Source of the DNA: Chloroflexus sp.
Lineage (GTDB): Bacteria; Chloroflexota; Chloroflexia; Chloroflexales; Chloroflexaceae
NCBI GenBank assembly: GCA_036574065.1
Contig: JAINCM010000035.1
Coordinates: 12,754-76,753, forward strand
Direction: 5' to 3'
DNA length: 64,000 nt
Program-made: the position numbers and the translations under genes
Notes under the pieces: model-generated
What the model was told of the DNA's origin: nothing
Databases searched by the model: none
Seen by the model: only the letters and a program-made list of their open reading frames with translations
Part shown: in pieces, positions 47,230-56,680 of the stretch
How positions within the stretch are numbered: position 1 is the stretch's first letter
Layout of the letters: the number at the start of each line of letters is the position of its first letter

Positions 47230-50028
47230 ATGGGCGGACGAACTACTTCAGAGCATGATCTGTTGTCGGCCAACATTCGCACATTGGGCGATTTGTTGGG
47301 TCGAGTCATTACCGGGCAAAGTGGGCCGGAAACGTTCCAGCTGGTTGAGCAAGTGCGGCGAATGGCCAAAGAGTTGCGCGCTGCGCCGCACCAGACTGAT
47401 CCAAAAGCCCTGCAATCGGTGATTGCGCATTTGAGTCTGCCGCAACTCCATAATCTGGTCAAAGCCTTCACCCTCTACTTTGGGCTGGTGAACCTGGCCG
47501 AAGGTGTAGAACAGTTGCGGATTCTGCGGGCCCGCGATCTGCGTAATGCCCCAGCCCCGCGGGCCGAGAGTATCGCCGACGCGATCGAGTTGTTGAAGCG
47601 CTATGATGTGCCGGCCCAAGCTATTCAGGAATGGCTTGATCACGCCTTGATTATGCCAGTGCTCACTGCGCACCCGACCGAGTCGCGTCGACGTACCATT
47701 CTGATCAAACTGCGTCGCATCTTCGATACGCTGATCGACCTGACGTTCGGTGAACGGCTGGTGTTGCCTGCCGATCGACAGGCTGCGCTTACTCGCATCG
47801 AGCGTGAAGCGATTGGTATCTGGCAAAGCGACGATGTCCGTAATCGCCGCCCGTCAGTGCTCGATGAGGTCGAAAATGGTCTGTTCTATTTTCAGACCGT
47901 GCTGTGGGATTTGCTACCACAAATGTACCGCGAGACAGCAGAAGCACTGGCCGCGGCCTACCCTGATTATCCATGGCGGTTGCCACCGTTTTTGCGTTTT
48001 GGCAGCTGGATGGGCGGCGATCGCGACGGTAATCCGTTCGTCACACCCGAAGTGACCGTCGAGACGGTACGTCTGATGCGGAGCGCAATGCTCAACTACC
48101 TGATCACCTCCATTGATCGCCTGATCACTGATCTCAGTCAGTCGATCCAGCAGGTTCAAGTCGATCAGGCCATTCTCGACCGCATCGACGCCTACCAGCA
48201 GCTAATGCCAGAAGCGGCAGCGACGCAGAACCCGCATTACCGCTGCGAACCGTATCGCCAGCTGTGCCACTTTATTCAGGCCCGGCTGCGCAATACGTTG
48301 GCTTATACGCTCAATCATACCCCGCGTTGGGGCGCTGATCCACCACCACCGCGCCTGCCAACGATCTACTATCATAGCCGCGATTTGCTGGCCGATCTCG
48401 ACCTGATCGATGCTAGTCTGCGCCATCACGGTAGTGCCCTCATTGCTGATGGCTTGCTCCGCGATGTGCGCGTCAATGTAGCGGTTTGTCGGCTGCATAC
48501 TGCAACACTCGATGTGCGCCAGCACGCCGGTCGCCATACCGAAGCCTTAACCGAGATTTTGGCTGCGGCTGGTGTTGTTGACAACTACATGGCCCTCGAT
48601 GAAGCTGAACGGATTGCAGTGCTCACTACCGAGATCCGTCGTCCGCGCCCACTCACCCCTAGTCGCCTCAACCACTTCAGTCCGGCAACCGCGGAAACCG
48701 TCCAGACTTTCCGCATGATTGCGGCGATCAGTGAGCAACTCGATCCGGAAATCTTCCAGACCTACATCATCTCTACGACTAGTCAGGTCAGCGATATTCT
48801 GGCTGTCCTGCTCCTCTGCCGCGATGCCGGTCTCTATCAGCCTGGCCGGCAGAGCCAGCTCGACATTGTGCCGCTCTTCGAGACCGGTGATGACTTGCAA
48901 CACGCACCAGCGTTGCTCGACGAGCTGTTGCAATTGCCAGTTTATCGCGAACATCTCGCCCTGCGCGATAACCTGCAAGAGGTGATGTTAGGCTATTCCG
49001 ACAGCAACAAAGAGAACGGTTTTCTCGCAGCCAACTGGGCACTCTATCGGGCGCAAGTTGAGCTGACCGCTGTTACTGAACGCCACGGGGTGCGGCTGCG
49101 CTTCTTCCACGGTCGCGGTGGTGCGGTTGGCCGCGGTGGTGGCCCAGCCGGACAGGCCATTTTGGCCCAGCCACCTGGCACGCTCCATGGTCAGATTAAG
49201 GTAACCAATCAGGGCGAAGTTATTTCAGATCGCTATCTCGACCCACGCACCGCCCATCGCCACCTGGAACAGGTTGTCAATGCGGTGCTCCGCGCCAGCT
49301 TTCCCGGTATTGCCCGCCATCCTGAACCAGCCTGGCTGGCTGCTATGGAACAGATGGCAGCTACTGCGCGTACCGTCTACCGTCAGCTCGTGTATGAAAA
49401 TCCAGAGTTTTTAACCTACTTCCGCGCCGCTACCCCTGTTGCTGAACTCAGCCGCCTCCGCATTGGGTCACGTCCCGTCTCGCGGCGCAAGAGCGACCGG
49501 ATCGAAGACCTGCGCGCGATTCCGTGGGTCTTCAGCTGGATGCAAACGCGCCATACTTTGCCAGGTTGGTTTGGATTGGGGAGTGCCTTCGAGCAATTCA
49601 TCGCCGAAGATCCAAACCATCTGCATCTCTTGCGGGCAATGTATCGACACTGGCCTTTCTTCACCACCTTGCTCGACAACGCGCAAATGATCATGCTCAA
49701 AGCTGATATGGGCATTGCCCACTGCTACGCTAGCCTAGTCCCCGATCAGGCGCTGGCGCAGCGCATCTTTCAGCACATTGAATCGGAATACCAACGCACT
49801 AAACGCTTGATTTGCCAGATTATAGAGCGCGATGAATTACTCGCCCATCAACCCGTGTTGCAACGCGCCATTCGCCAGCGCAATCCATACATCGATCCGC
49901 TCAGTCACGTGCAAATCGAGCTACTGCGCCGTCTGCGCAGTGCACCACCTGACCAACAAGATGAACTAGAAACGGTGCTCCTGATGTCGATCAACGGCAT
50001 CGCTGCCGGCTTGAAGAACACAGGCTAA
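47230..50028 (+). CDS. ppc: Phosphoenolpyruvate carboxylase (bacterial type)
   Basis: VLTAHPTE, GSWMGGDRDGNP, EVMLGYSDSNKE, FFHGRGGAVGRGG, LRAIPWVFSW, GIAAGLKNTG. Confidence 0.96.
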   Translation: MGGRTTSEHDLLSANIRTLGDLLGRVITGQSGPETFQLVEQVRRMAKELRAAPHQTDPKALQSVIAHLSLPQLHNLVKAFTLYFGLVNLAEGVEQLRILRARDLRNAPAPRAESIADAIELLKRYDVPAQAIQEWLDHALIMPVLTAHPTESRRRTILIKLRRIFDTLIDLTFGERLVLPADRQAALTRIEREAIGIWQSDDVRNRRPSVLDEVENGLFYFQTVLWDLLPQMYRETAEALAAAYPDYPWRLPPFLRFGSWMGGDRDGNPFVTPEVTVETVRLMRSAMLNYLITSIDRLITDLSQSIQQVQVDQAILDRIDAYQQLMPEAAATQNPHYRCEPYRQLCHFIQARLRNTLAYTLNHTPRWGADPPPPRLPTIYYHSRDLLADLDLIDASLRHHGSALIADGLLRDVRVNVAVCRLHTATLDVRQHAGRHTEALTEILAAAGVVDNYMALDEAERIAVLTTEIRRPRPLTPSRLNHFSPATAETVQTFRMIAAISEQLDPEIFQTYIISTTSQVSDILAVLLLCRDAGLYQPGRQSQLDIVPLFETGDDLQHAPALLDELLQLPVYREHLALRDNLQEVMLGYSDSNKENGFLAANWALYRAQVELTAVTERHGVRLRFFHGRGGAVGRGGGPAGQAILAQPPGTLHGQIKVTNQGEVISDRYLDPRTAHRHLEQVVNAVLRASFPGIARHPEPAWLAAMEQMAATARTVYRQLVYENPEFLTYFRAATPVAELSRLRIGSRPVSRRKSDRIEDLRAIPWVFSWMQTRHTLPGWFGLGSAFEQFIAEDPNHLHLLRAMYRHWPFFTTLLDNAQMIMLKADMGIAHCYASLVPDQALAQRIFQHIESEYQRTKRLICQIIERDELLAHQPVLQRAIRQRNPYIDPLSHVQIELLRRLRSAPPDQQDELETVLLMSINGIAAGLKNTG

Positions 50029-51062
50029 TGCAAACACGACGTCTCGACACTTCATCGGCATCCATCGCTCTAGCCGCCGAACTGTTGCGCCAGGGAGAGC
50101 TAGTCGCCTTCCCAACCGAAACAGTCTATGGCTTGGGCGGTCACGCACTCGACGAACGGGCGGTAGCCGCCATTTTCACAACCAAAGGCCGACCTGCCAC
50201 CGATCCGCTCATCGTGCATCTGGCCGACGGGCGCGACTTGCCGCGTGTCGTCGCAGCTATCCCGCCGATCGTTAGTCATCTGGCGGCGGCCTTCTGGCCT
50301 GGGCCGCTCACGCTCATCTTACCCCGCCATCCCCAGGTCCCCCTGAGCGTCACTGCTGGTCGCGATACAGTAGCAGTGCGCGTGCCTTCGCATCCAGTGG
50401 CACGTGCGCTGCTCGCGGTTGCTGATCTGCCAGTTGCTGCGCCAAGTGCTAACCGGTTTGGACACACGAGTCCCACTACTGCCGATCATGTCTTAGCCGA
50501 CTTGTCCGGACGGATTGCCGCCGTGATCGACGGTGGACCTACCCCCATCGGGATCGAGTCGACAGTGCTCGACTGCACTACCACTCCACCCACGTTAGTG
50601 CGCCCCGGCGGGATCAGCTTGGAAGAGTTAGAGGCAGTAATTGGTCCTATCCAGCTCAGATCGCGCCCAACTAGCGACGAACAGACTGGCATGATCTCAC
50701 CCGGCCTACTCGATCGCCACTACGCACCTGATCACGAATTGTGGCTCATCAGCGGGCCACCAGCGCTAGCCCTGGCCCGCTTGCGTCAAGAAGCCGAAGC
50801 AGCACTGGCCGCTGGCCTGCGTGTCGGCATCCTCCTCCCTGACGACGATCTAGCCACCTTGCGTGATCTGCCAGTAGACGTTGAACCTCTCGGCCCAGCT
50901 AACGATCTGGCGGTAATGGCGCAACGGCTCTACGCCGCGCTCCGGGCCCTCGACGAACGCCAACCGGATCGCATCCTCGCTCGTGACCTCGACGAGACTG
51001 GCCTGGGCCGTGCCTTGCGCGACCGGCTCCGGCGGGCGGCAGTACGGGTGATCGAGGCCTGA
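50028..51062 (+). CDS. sua5: L-threonylcarbamoyladenylate synthase with C-terminal SUA5 domain
   Basis: AFPTETVYGLG, KGRPATDPLIVH, FWPGPLT, AAPSAN, PGLLDRHYAP. TAATG overlap with ppc. Confidence 0.93.
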   Translation: MQTRRLDTSSASIALAAELLRQGELVAFPTETVYGLGGHALDERAVAAIFTTKGRPATDPLIVHLADGRDLPRVVAAIPPIVSHLAAAFWPGPLTLILPRHPQVPLSVTAGRDTVAVRVPSHPVARALLAVADLPVAAPSANRFGHTSPTTADHVLADLSGRIAAVIDGGPTPIGIESTVLDCTTTPPTLVRPGGISLEELEAVIGPIQLRSRPTSDEQTGMISPGLLDRHYAPDHELWLISGPPALALARLRQEAEAALAAGLRVGILLPDDDLATLRDLPVDVEPLGPANDLAVMAQRLYAALRALDERQPDRILARDLDETGLGRALRDRLRRAAVRVIEA

Positions 51063-51477
51063 TACTAGTACAGATAGGTGATACCATTCAACAATGCTTT
51101 AGGAATGGATGAAGTGAGATCGGTTTTCTCAGTTGCAGTAGTGTGTCCAGCCAGACATATTCAACCTCTGCTCCGCATTCGTTGCCCAACGACTGCCACA
51201 GTTGCATATATATGTCCGGTCAATATTGATATCTAGCAGTGCCTCCAATAAGCTAGAAGAATTAGTGCGGACTACTGCCGAATTGCAAGCAATTGCCCGC
51301 TCCAAGAGCAGGGTAAACTGCGATCATCGGCAACACTATGCTCAAAGGACCAACGTTCACAGGAACTTCACTCCCTGGCTCGATTGAATCGTTTAGCGTG
51401 GGCTCTCGGATCAACGTCATCTGTACGATGAACGTCACTACTGAGTTTATACCTGTTTCTGGCTAGGCGATGGGTTG

Positions 51478-52287
51478 CTATGCCAACGTTGCCCCTAACC
51501 CCACCACAAACGCGATGGCGTCCGCTACTCGTGCGCGCCAGGCGGCTTCGTTGTGCGCTGCACCCACAAACTTGCGTGTGATCCAATCGTGGCCCTGCCG
51601 ATAACCGGTGCGTTCCATCCATGCATCCATCCGCTGCTGAAACGGTTCATATTCAGCATCCAGCCCGACAGTGCCGTAATCAAAGTAGAAGCGGTGCTGG
51701 CCAGGTGGTGGTAAGAGCGCTGCTAGGGCATCAACCAACACGTTACCACCGGCCGGCCAATGAGTTGACAAGCATCCAGCGCCGCCAAACAGATGAGGGT
51801 AGCGACATACGCCGTACAGTGAGATCAGACCACCCATACTTGACCCCATAATAAAAGTGTTGGCCTGATCAGGCCGCGTGGGATAGGCGGCGTCGATAAA
51901 TGGTTTGACTTCTTCAACCACAAAGGCCAGATACGCATCTGACATCGGCTCGCCCCCCATGCGCTCGACAATGGTTGACCAACCGCGCGTCTGGCGCAAG
52001 GCGGTGAAGGGCTGCTGGGGCGCATATTCACGCCAGCGCTGGTCGGTGCACCAGATGCCAACAATGATCGCACCAAGCCAGTCGTGCTTGGCGCGGAGTC
52101 GTTCGATAGCCTGATCGACGGCCCATACTTCGCCATCGGCGCGCAAGGCGGGATCGAACAGATTTTGCCCATCGTGCATGTAGATGACTGGCAAGCGTTG
52201 TGTACCGATGTTGGCTGGCATCCAGACATCGATCGGTCGCGTTGTAACATAACGGCTGGTGAGATTGGTATGGCGGATTAGTGGCAT
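51478..52287 (-). CDS. Putative esterase (IroE/Fes-like alpha/beta hydrolase)
   Basis: PVIYMHDGQNLFD, GSSMGGLIS, GAAHNEAAWRAR. Confidence 0.88.
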   Translation of the reverse strand: MPLIRHTNLTSRYVTTRPIDVWMPANIGTQRLPVIYMHDGQNLFDPALRADGEVWAVDQAIERLRAKHDWLGAIIVGIWCTDQRWREYAPQQPFTALRQTRGWSTIVERMGGEPMSDAYLAFVVEEVKPFIDAAYPTRPDQANTFIMGSSMGGLISLYGVCRYPHLFGGAGCLSTHWPAGGNVLVDALAALLPPPGQHRFYFDYGTVGLDAEYEPFQQRMDAWMERTGYRQGHDWITRKFVGAAHNEAAWRARVADAIAFVVGLGATLA

Positions 52288-52312
52288 ATTGCGTTACCTC
52301 ATTTTTAACGAC

Positions 52313-54436
52313 TTAACGATGTGCTGGCCAGGCATGCTCGTTTGCAGGCAACGGCGCTGAGCTCAACTGGTAGGTAACGACCCCATGAGCGCGCGTGCCA
52401 ATCCAAAGGACGCGACGCTGATCAACCGCCAGTGCCAGCGGTTCAGCCCCTGGAAATCCGGAGTCGCGCGGTAGAAAATTACGCCACCGCTGCCCATCGT
52501 AGCGCAGCAGATAGCCACCGGTAGTGAGTGGTCGCGCAGCTCCAATCCAGATCTCACCAGGGCTGGCTTCTAGCAAGGCAGTTATTGTCTGCGCCGGTAA
52601 TTGCCGGTTAGCGGTAGTGAGCCATTCCCAACGCGCCCCATCCCAGCGTGCCAACCCTTCGCCGAGAGTGGCTGCCCATACTACGCCAGTGTGATCGACC
52701 AGCAGATCGGCAACGCCAGCGCCGGCAAAGCCATCGGCACGGGCAAAGTGTTGCCATTCCTGACTACGTACCAAGTAACGGCTGACAACGCCGATACCGC
52801 CAAACCAGACGTCATCGTTCTGACCAACTGCCACTGCGAGGATCATCCCACCCTGACCCGCTTGTGGCAATGGTTGCCATCGACCCTGAGTATCGCGCAG
52901 GACACCGCCAGTCGCCGTCCCGATCCACAGCGAACCATCCGGCGCTACCGCCAGCGCGCGTGCCATTCGCTGACCAGCTACCGGGAGCGAGTACCAGGTC
53001 CAATCTCCATTGGCTGTCACCAACGCCAGACCGCGGTTTGACGCCACCCAGAGGCCTTCGGCAGTCACTGCCAGATCGTATACGCGGCCAAGGGGAAGAT
53101 GGTTCCAGCGGGGTGGTTCGGTGCTGACTGCAGGAGCTTGCCAAATTGTCAGTCCAGTCTCACCGCCGAGAGCAACTCGACCATTGCGTAACGGCTGAAT
53201 GGCATAGATCGGTCCTGGTGGTAACTCGCCCGCCCGCGGTGCGATCACGCTCCAACCAATACTGCCCGCTGTCACCATGATCAACGCCGTCGCATAGACT
53301 GTAGCGACAAACCCGACCAGTAAGGCTAGCGCCACCCAGGCATACCAAGGTGGACGCAAAAACATTAGGTTGCTCCAGCCCCAGTAGTCATTCTGTTCCT
53401 GCAACCATTGGCCACCACGACGCACAACTGGTGCCGCCAACAACACAATCGGCGTCACGAGGGTGAGCACGTATTGCGGCCATTTGGTTGGCCAGAGCAG
53501 TAACAGCAGACAGCCGCCAATCAGCCAGACTAATAGATAACGGCGGCGGCGATCGCGCCAGGCCGCTGGCAGGCCGATGAGAGCCAGTAAGGTAAGCCAT
53601 GGATCGAGGCCGGGCAAAAAGAAGACTTCAGGGTGCCATTCAACCGCTGGTGCTGTCACCAGCCAGACGAGCGGCTGATACCATGGATAGCCGGCCGCCT
53701 GCACCTCGTTCCCCTGAGTATACGCAGTCCAGAACCCAGCCATTGCCGCCAGCCGCGTCCACGGTTCGCGCCAGAACGTCGGGTTGGCCGCCGCAAACGA
53801 GAGCAATGCAACTCCGCTCAGCAGGGGGATTTGCCGGATATAACCACGTCCGATCAACCACATCAATAGCGCTGGCAAGGCAATGATAACGTAGTTCATT
53901 TTGGCGGCGGTTGCTAGCCCCCATGCGACGGCACCTAGCAACAACCAGCGCCGCTGCTGTCGGCGCTCAATCTGATCGGCCCGTTCCCATGCCCCCACTG
54001 CCACAATCGACCACAGCAGCGGCCATGCCTCCAAATACGCCTGGGCAGTATACTTCACAGTCAGGGTATGGACGGCGAGAAAACCGGCTGCCAACGGCCC
54101 AGCAAACCACGCCAGCACAGCTACTGCCGCCACTCCCAAAAATGCCGCCAAGAGACGGGCAGCGTACAGAGTCGTAGTCGGATTGGCAGCATCACCCAGC
54201 ACCAGAGCCCCAGCAGCGTAGATCAACTTGTGCAGAGCGGGATGCTGACGATTGCCAGGGTAATCGATCACTCCAATCCAATCACCCTGCCGGATCAGAT
54301 GCGCATAATCGAGTGCTACACCCACATAGACCGGCTCGTCGAAATCGAGCGGCAATGTCAACGCAGCCCATAATCTAATCAGCGCGGCCAGCCCAACTAC
54401 TCCGATTAACCAGCCGCGTGCCGATCTGTCGCTCAC
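52313..54436 (-). CDS. GT-C fold (ArnT/PMT-like) membrane glycosyltransferase fused to a C-terminal beta-propeller
   Basis: TM1 followed by DFDEPVY and HPALHK, about 11 TM helices, then repeated LWIGT/VWFGG/VWAAT/IWIG blades. Confidence 0.72.
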   Translation of the reverse strand: MSDRSARGWLIGVVGLAALIRLWAALTLPLDFDEPVYVGVALDYAHLIRQGDWIGVIDYPGNRQHPALHKLIYAAGALVLGDAANPTTTLYAARLLAAFLGVAAVAVLAWFAGPLAAGFLAVHTLTVKYTAQAYLEAWPLLWSIVAVGAWERADQIERRQQRRWLLLGAVAWGLATAAKMNYVIIALPALLMWLIGRGYIRQIPLLSGVALLSFAAANPTFWREPWTRLAAMAGFWTAYTQGNEVQAAGYPWYQPLVWLVTAPAVEWHPEVFFLPGLDPWLTLLALIGLPAAWRDRRRRYLLVWLIGGCLLLLLWPTKWPQYVLTLVTPIVLLAAPVVRRGGQWLQEQNDYWGWSNLMFLRPPWYAWVALALLVGFVATVYATALIMVTAGSIGWSVIAPRAGELPPGPIYAIQPLRNGRVALGGETGLTIWQAPAVSTEPPRWNHLPLGRVYDLAVTAEGLWVASNRGLALVTANGDWTWYSLPVAGQRMARALAVAPDGSLWIGTATGGVLRDTQGRWQPLPQAGQGGMILAVAVGQNDDVWFGGIGVVSRYLVRSQEWQHFARADGFAGAGVADLLVDHTGVVWAATLGEGLARWDGARWEWLTTANRQLPAQTITALLEASPGEIWIGAARPLTTGGYLLRYDGQRWRNFLPRDSGFPGAEPLALAVDQRRVLWIGTRAHGVVTYQLSSAPLPANEHAWPAHR

Positions 54437-54441
54437 AGTTC

Positions 54442-55287
54442 TTAACCCTTGACACCGCCAATTGTCAGCCCTGACACCAGGAAGCGCTGGAGCATTAGAA
54501 AGACGATGATTGTTGGCAGAATGATCAGCAAACCACCAGCGGCAAAATTGCCCCAGGGCACGCTTTGGCTATTGGCAAGGCTAAACAAGCCGGGCACCAC
54601 TAGCTTCATGCTATCTGGCGCTGGCACCAGCACTGACGCAAAGATAAAATCACCCCAGCCAGCCAAAAAGCCGAGCAGCGCCGTAACTGCCAGTGCCGGG
54701 CGTGCTAGCGGCAACGCAATCAGAATAAACGATTGGATCGGCCCACAGCCATCGATCATTGCCGCCTCTTCCAGCTCGATGGGGATAGTATCAAAATACC
54801 CCTTCATATTCCAGGTACTAAAGACGAGCGTGCCAGTTGTATACGCCAGGATCAGGCCCTCGTGCTTACCGTACAACCCCATCGCCGTCAGCAACTGTGC
54901 CACCGCCACCAGACTTAGCACACCAGGGAAGGTCTGGATTGCTAGTAACAGAATTAGGGCAAACTCACGACCATAAAACTTAAAGCGCGAGAAGGCGAAC
55001 GCTGCCGAAGTCGTAATCACCAGCGATGCCAACGTCGTCACCCCAGCCACGTAGAGGCTGTTACGCAACCACGTCAGCAATGGCCGGTCAAAAATCATTG
55101 CCCGATAATTCTCGAATGTCCACTCGGTTGGAATGAACATAGCGAGCAGATTGAGAGTGTAAAGACGGTCACCGGTCCGCCCTGAAGCCAGAAATGCAAA
55201 CCAGAGCGGATAAACTGCAAACAGTACGCCCAAAATCAGGATGGTATATTGTAACACCAGTACTGATCGCGAAGGTTTCCGGATCAT
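54442..55287 (-). CDS. Sugar ABC permease (MalG/GanQ-like)
   Basis: WLRNSL, YFDTIPIELEEAAMIDG, WGNFAAG. Confidence 0.92.
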   Translation of the reverse strand: MIRKPSRSVLVLQYTILILGVLFAVYPLWFAFLASGRTGDRLYTLNLLAMFIPTEWTFENYRAMIFDRPLLTWLRNSLYVAGVTTLASLVITTSAAFAFSRFKFYGREFALILLLAIQTFPGVLSLVAVAQLLTAMGLYGKHEGLILAYTTGTLVFSTWNMKGYFDTIPIELEEAAMIDGCGPIQSFILIALPLARPALAVTALLGFLAGWGDFIFASVLVPAPDSMKLVVPGLFSLANSQSVPWGNFAAGGLLIILPTIIVFLMLQRFLVSGLTIGGVKG

Positions 55288-56504
55288 GACTCGTACGCCC
55301 CTTTCGTGATGCGCGTCAGCCGCAGACTGTAGAGCGTTGCTGAAAAGAGGAAAATGAAGAGAATGACGGCAAAAGCTGTGGCGTTACCATAGTTCTGAGT
55401 TTGGAAGATCTGTTTGTAGGCATAGACAATCACAAACTCAGTCGCGCCAGGCCGACCGACCTCGCTGATTGGACCACCCTGGGTGATCGCCCAGACAGTA
55501 CCAAACATCTGAAAGGCAGTGATCGAGGTCAAGACTGTAGCGGGTAAGACTGCCGGGCGGATCAACGGCAGCGTGATACTGGTGAGCTGCTGCCACCACG
55601 AAGCGCCGTCCAGCTCCGCTGCCTCGTAGACATCGCGCGGCACAGCTTGCAGCGCACCGAGGATCACGATCATGAAAAATGGGTATGAGAACCAGGTATC
55701 CACAAGCACAACGATCAGGAATGCGCTAAGCGGATCGCGCAGCCACGACGGGCCGGCAATGCCAAAGAGAGCCAGCACTTGATTGATGGTCCCCTGCTCG
55801 CGGAAAAAGAACTGCCAGATTAGGGCCATCAGAATGGCCAGTGATGAAGCCGCCCAGGGAACAAAGAGCATCACCCGGAAGAAAGTACGACCGGGCAGAT
55901 AGTCACTATTCAGAATCAAGGCGAATGTCAGGCCGAGCAAAAAGCTAAATGGCACGCGTGCAATCACAAACAGCAACGTCCGAAAGACCACAACCACAAA
56001 ATCGCCGGTGCGCATCAGCGTATCATAGGCCTGAACGACATTGACCACTACTGCCAGAATGAACCCCAGCACTAACGCCCCGAGCCAGACCACCGCAGGT
56101 GACACCGGCGGTTCTATCATCTGCTCCAAGCGTCGATTAATGAACGTTGCTGCGATCAGCGGCACGAAACAGAGCGCAATCGCTGCCATTGCGCCCAAGG
56201 CTTCTGGCGTAAACAAATTGCCGATCAGATTGGCATAATTGGCAAAGATGGGATCTTGCAATCGGTAGGGCTGACCCATACCCACTGGCGCGCTCGGGCG
56301 AAATTGTGGCCAGCATAGCGGATCGAGAATGCTGGTAAGAAAGACTTCACAATCAGGATTGGGGCGAAAACGGTTGCGATTGGTAAACGAGGTGTAAACA
56401 CTGAGCAGGATGGGATAAATATTAAACAGCAAAATACCAATGATGGTCGGACCGGTGAAGAGCAGAACGGTGAGTGCTTTACGGCGATTAGACCACGACA
56501 CCAT
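55284..56504 (-). CDS. Sugar ABC permease (MalF/GanP-like)
   Basis: LQAVPRDVYEAAELDGASWWQ, ITLPLIRP, GATEFVIVYAYK. Confidence 0.92.
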   Translation of the reverse strand: MVSWSNRRKALTVLLFTGPTIIGILLFNIYPILLSVYTSFTNRNRFRPNPDCEVFLTSILDPLCWPQFRPSAPVGMGQPYRLQDPIFANYANLIGNLFTPEALGAMAAIALCFVPLIAATFINRRLEQMIEPPVSPAVVWLGALVLGFILAVVVNVVQAYDTLMRTGDFVVVVFRTLLFVIARVPFSFLLGLTFALILNSDYLPGRTFFRVMLFVPWAASSLAILMALIWQFFFREQGTINQVLALFGIAGPSWLRDPLSAFLIVVLVDTWFSYPFFMIVILGALQAVPRDVYEAAELDGASWWQQLTSITLPLIRPAVLPATVLTSITAFQMFGTVWAITQGGPISEVGRPGATEFVIVYAYKQIFQTQNYGNATAFAVILFIFLFSATLYSLRLTRITKGAYES

Positions 56505-56522
56505 GTGTATACCTCACTGGAA

Positions 56523-56668
56523 GCAGCCGGACTGCCATTGGCAGGCTGCCGGTCATCTGACCGGCACAGTCAGCGGTAGCGAGTGAGCCGGACAACGTTG
56601 TCCGGCTCAATCTGATCATCACCTCTACCGATGCGGCGGAGATATTGATGATTGCCATACCCCGCCGC
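56523..56668. repeat. Cluster of inverted repeats between the SBP and permease genes, including a perfect 26-bp palindrome
   Basis: TGAGCCGGACAAC|GTTGTCCGGCTCA (56584-56609), GCCGGTCA-tc-TGACCGGC (56548-56565), GCGGCGG/CCGCCGC (56633-56668), CTGCCA/TGGCAG (56532-56544). Confidence 0.85.
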
Positions 56669-56680
56669 TCGTACCTGATG

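Noticed and set aside
51063-51477. AT-richer 415-bp gap between convergent sua5 and esterase as a gene remnant or sRNA
   Set aside because: Manual translation gave only short frames with no recognisable motif, RBS or stable hairpin. It cannot be supported without a search.
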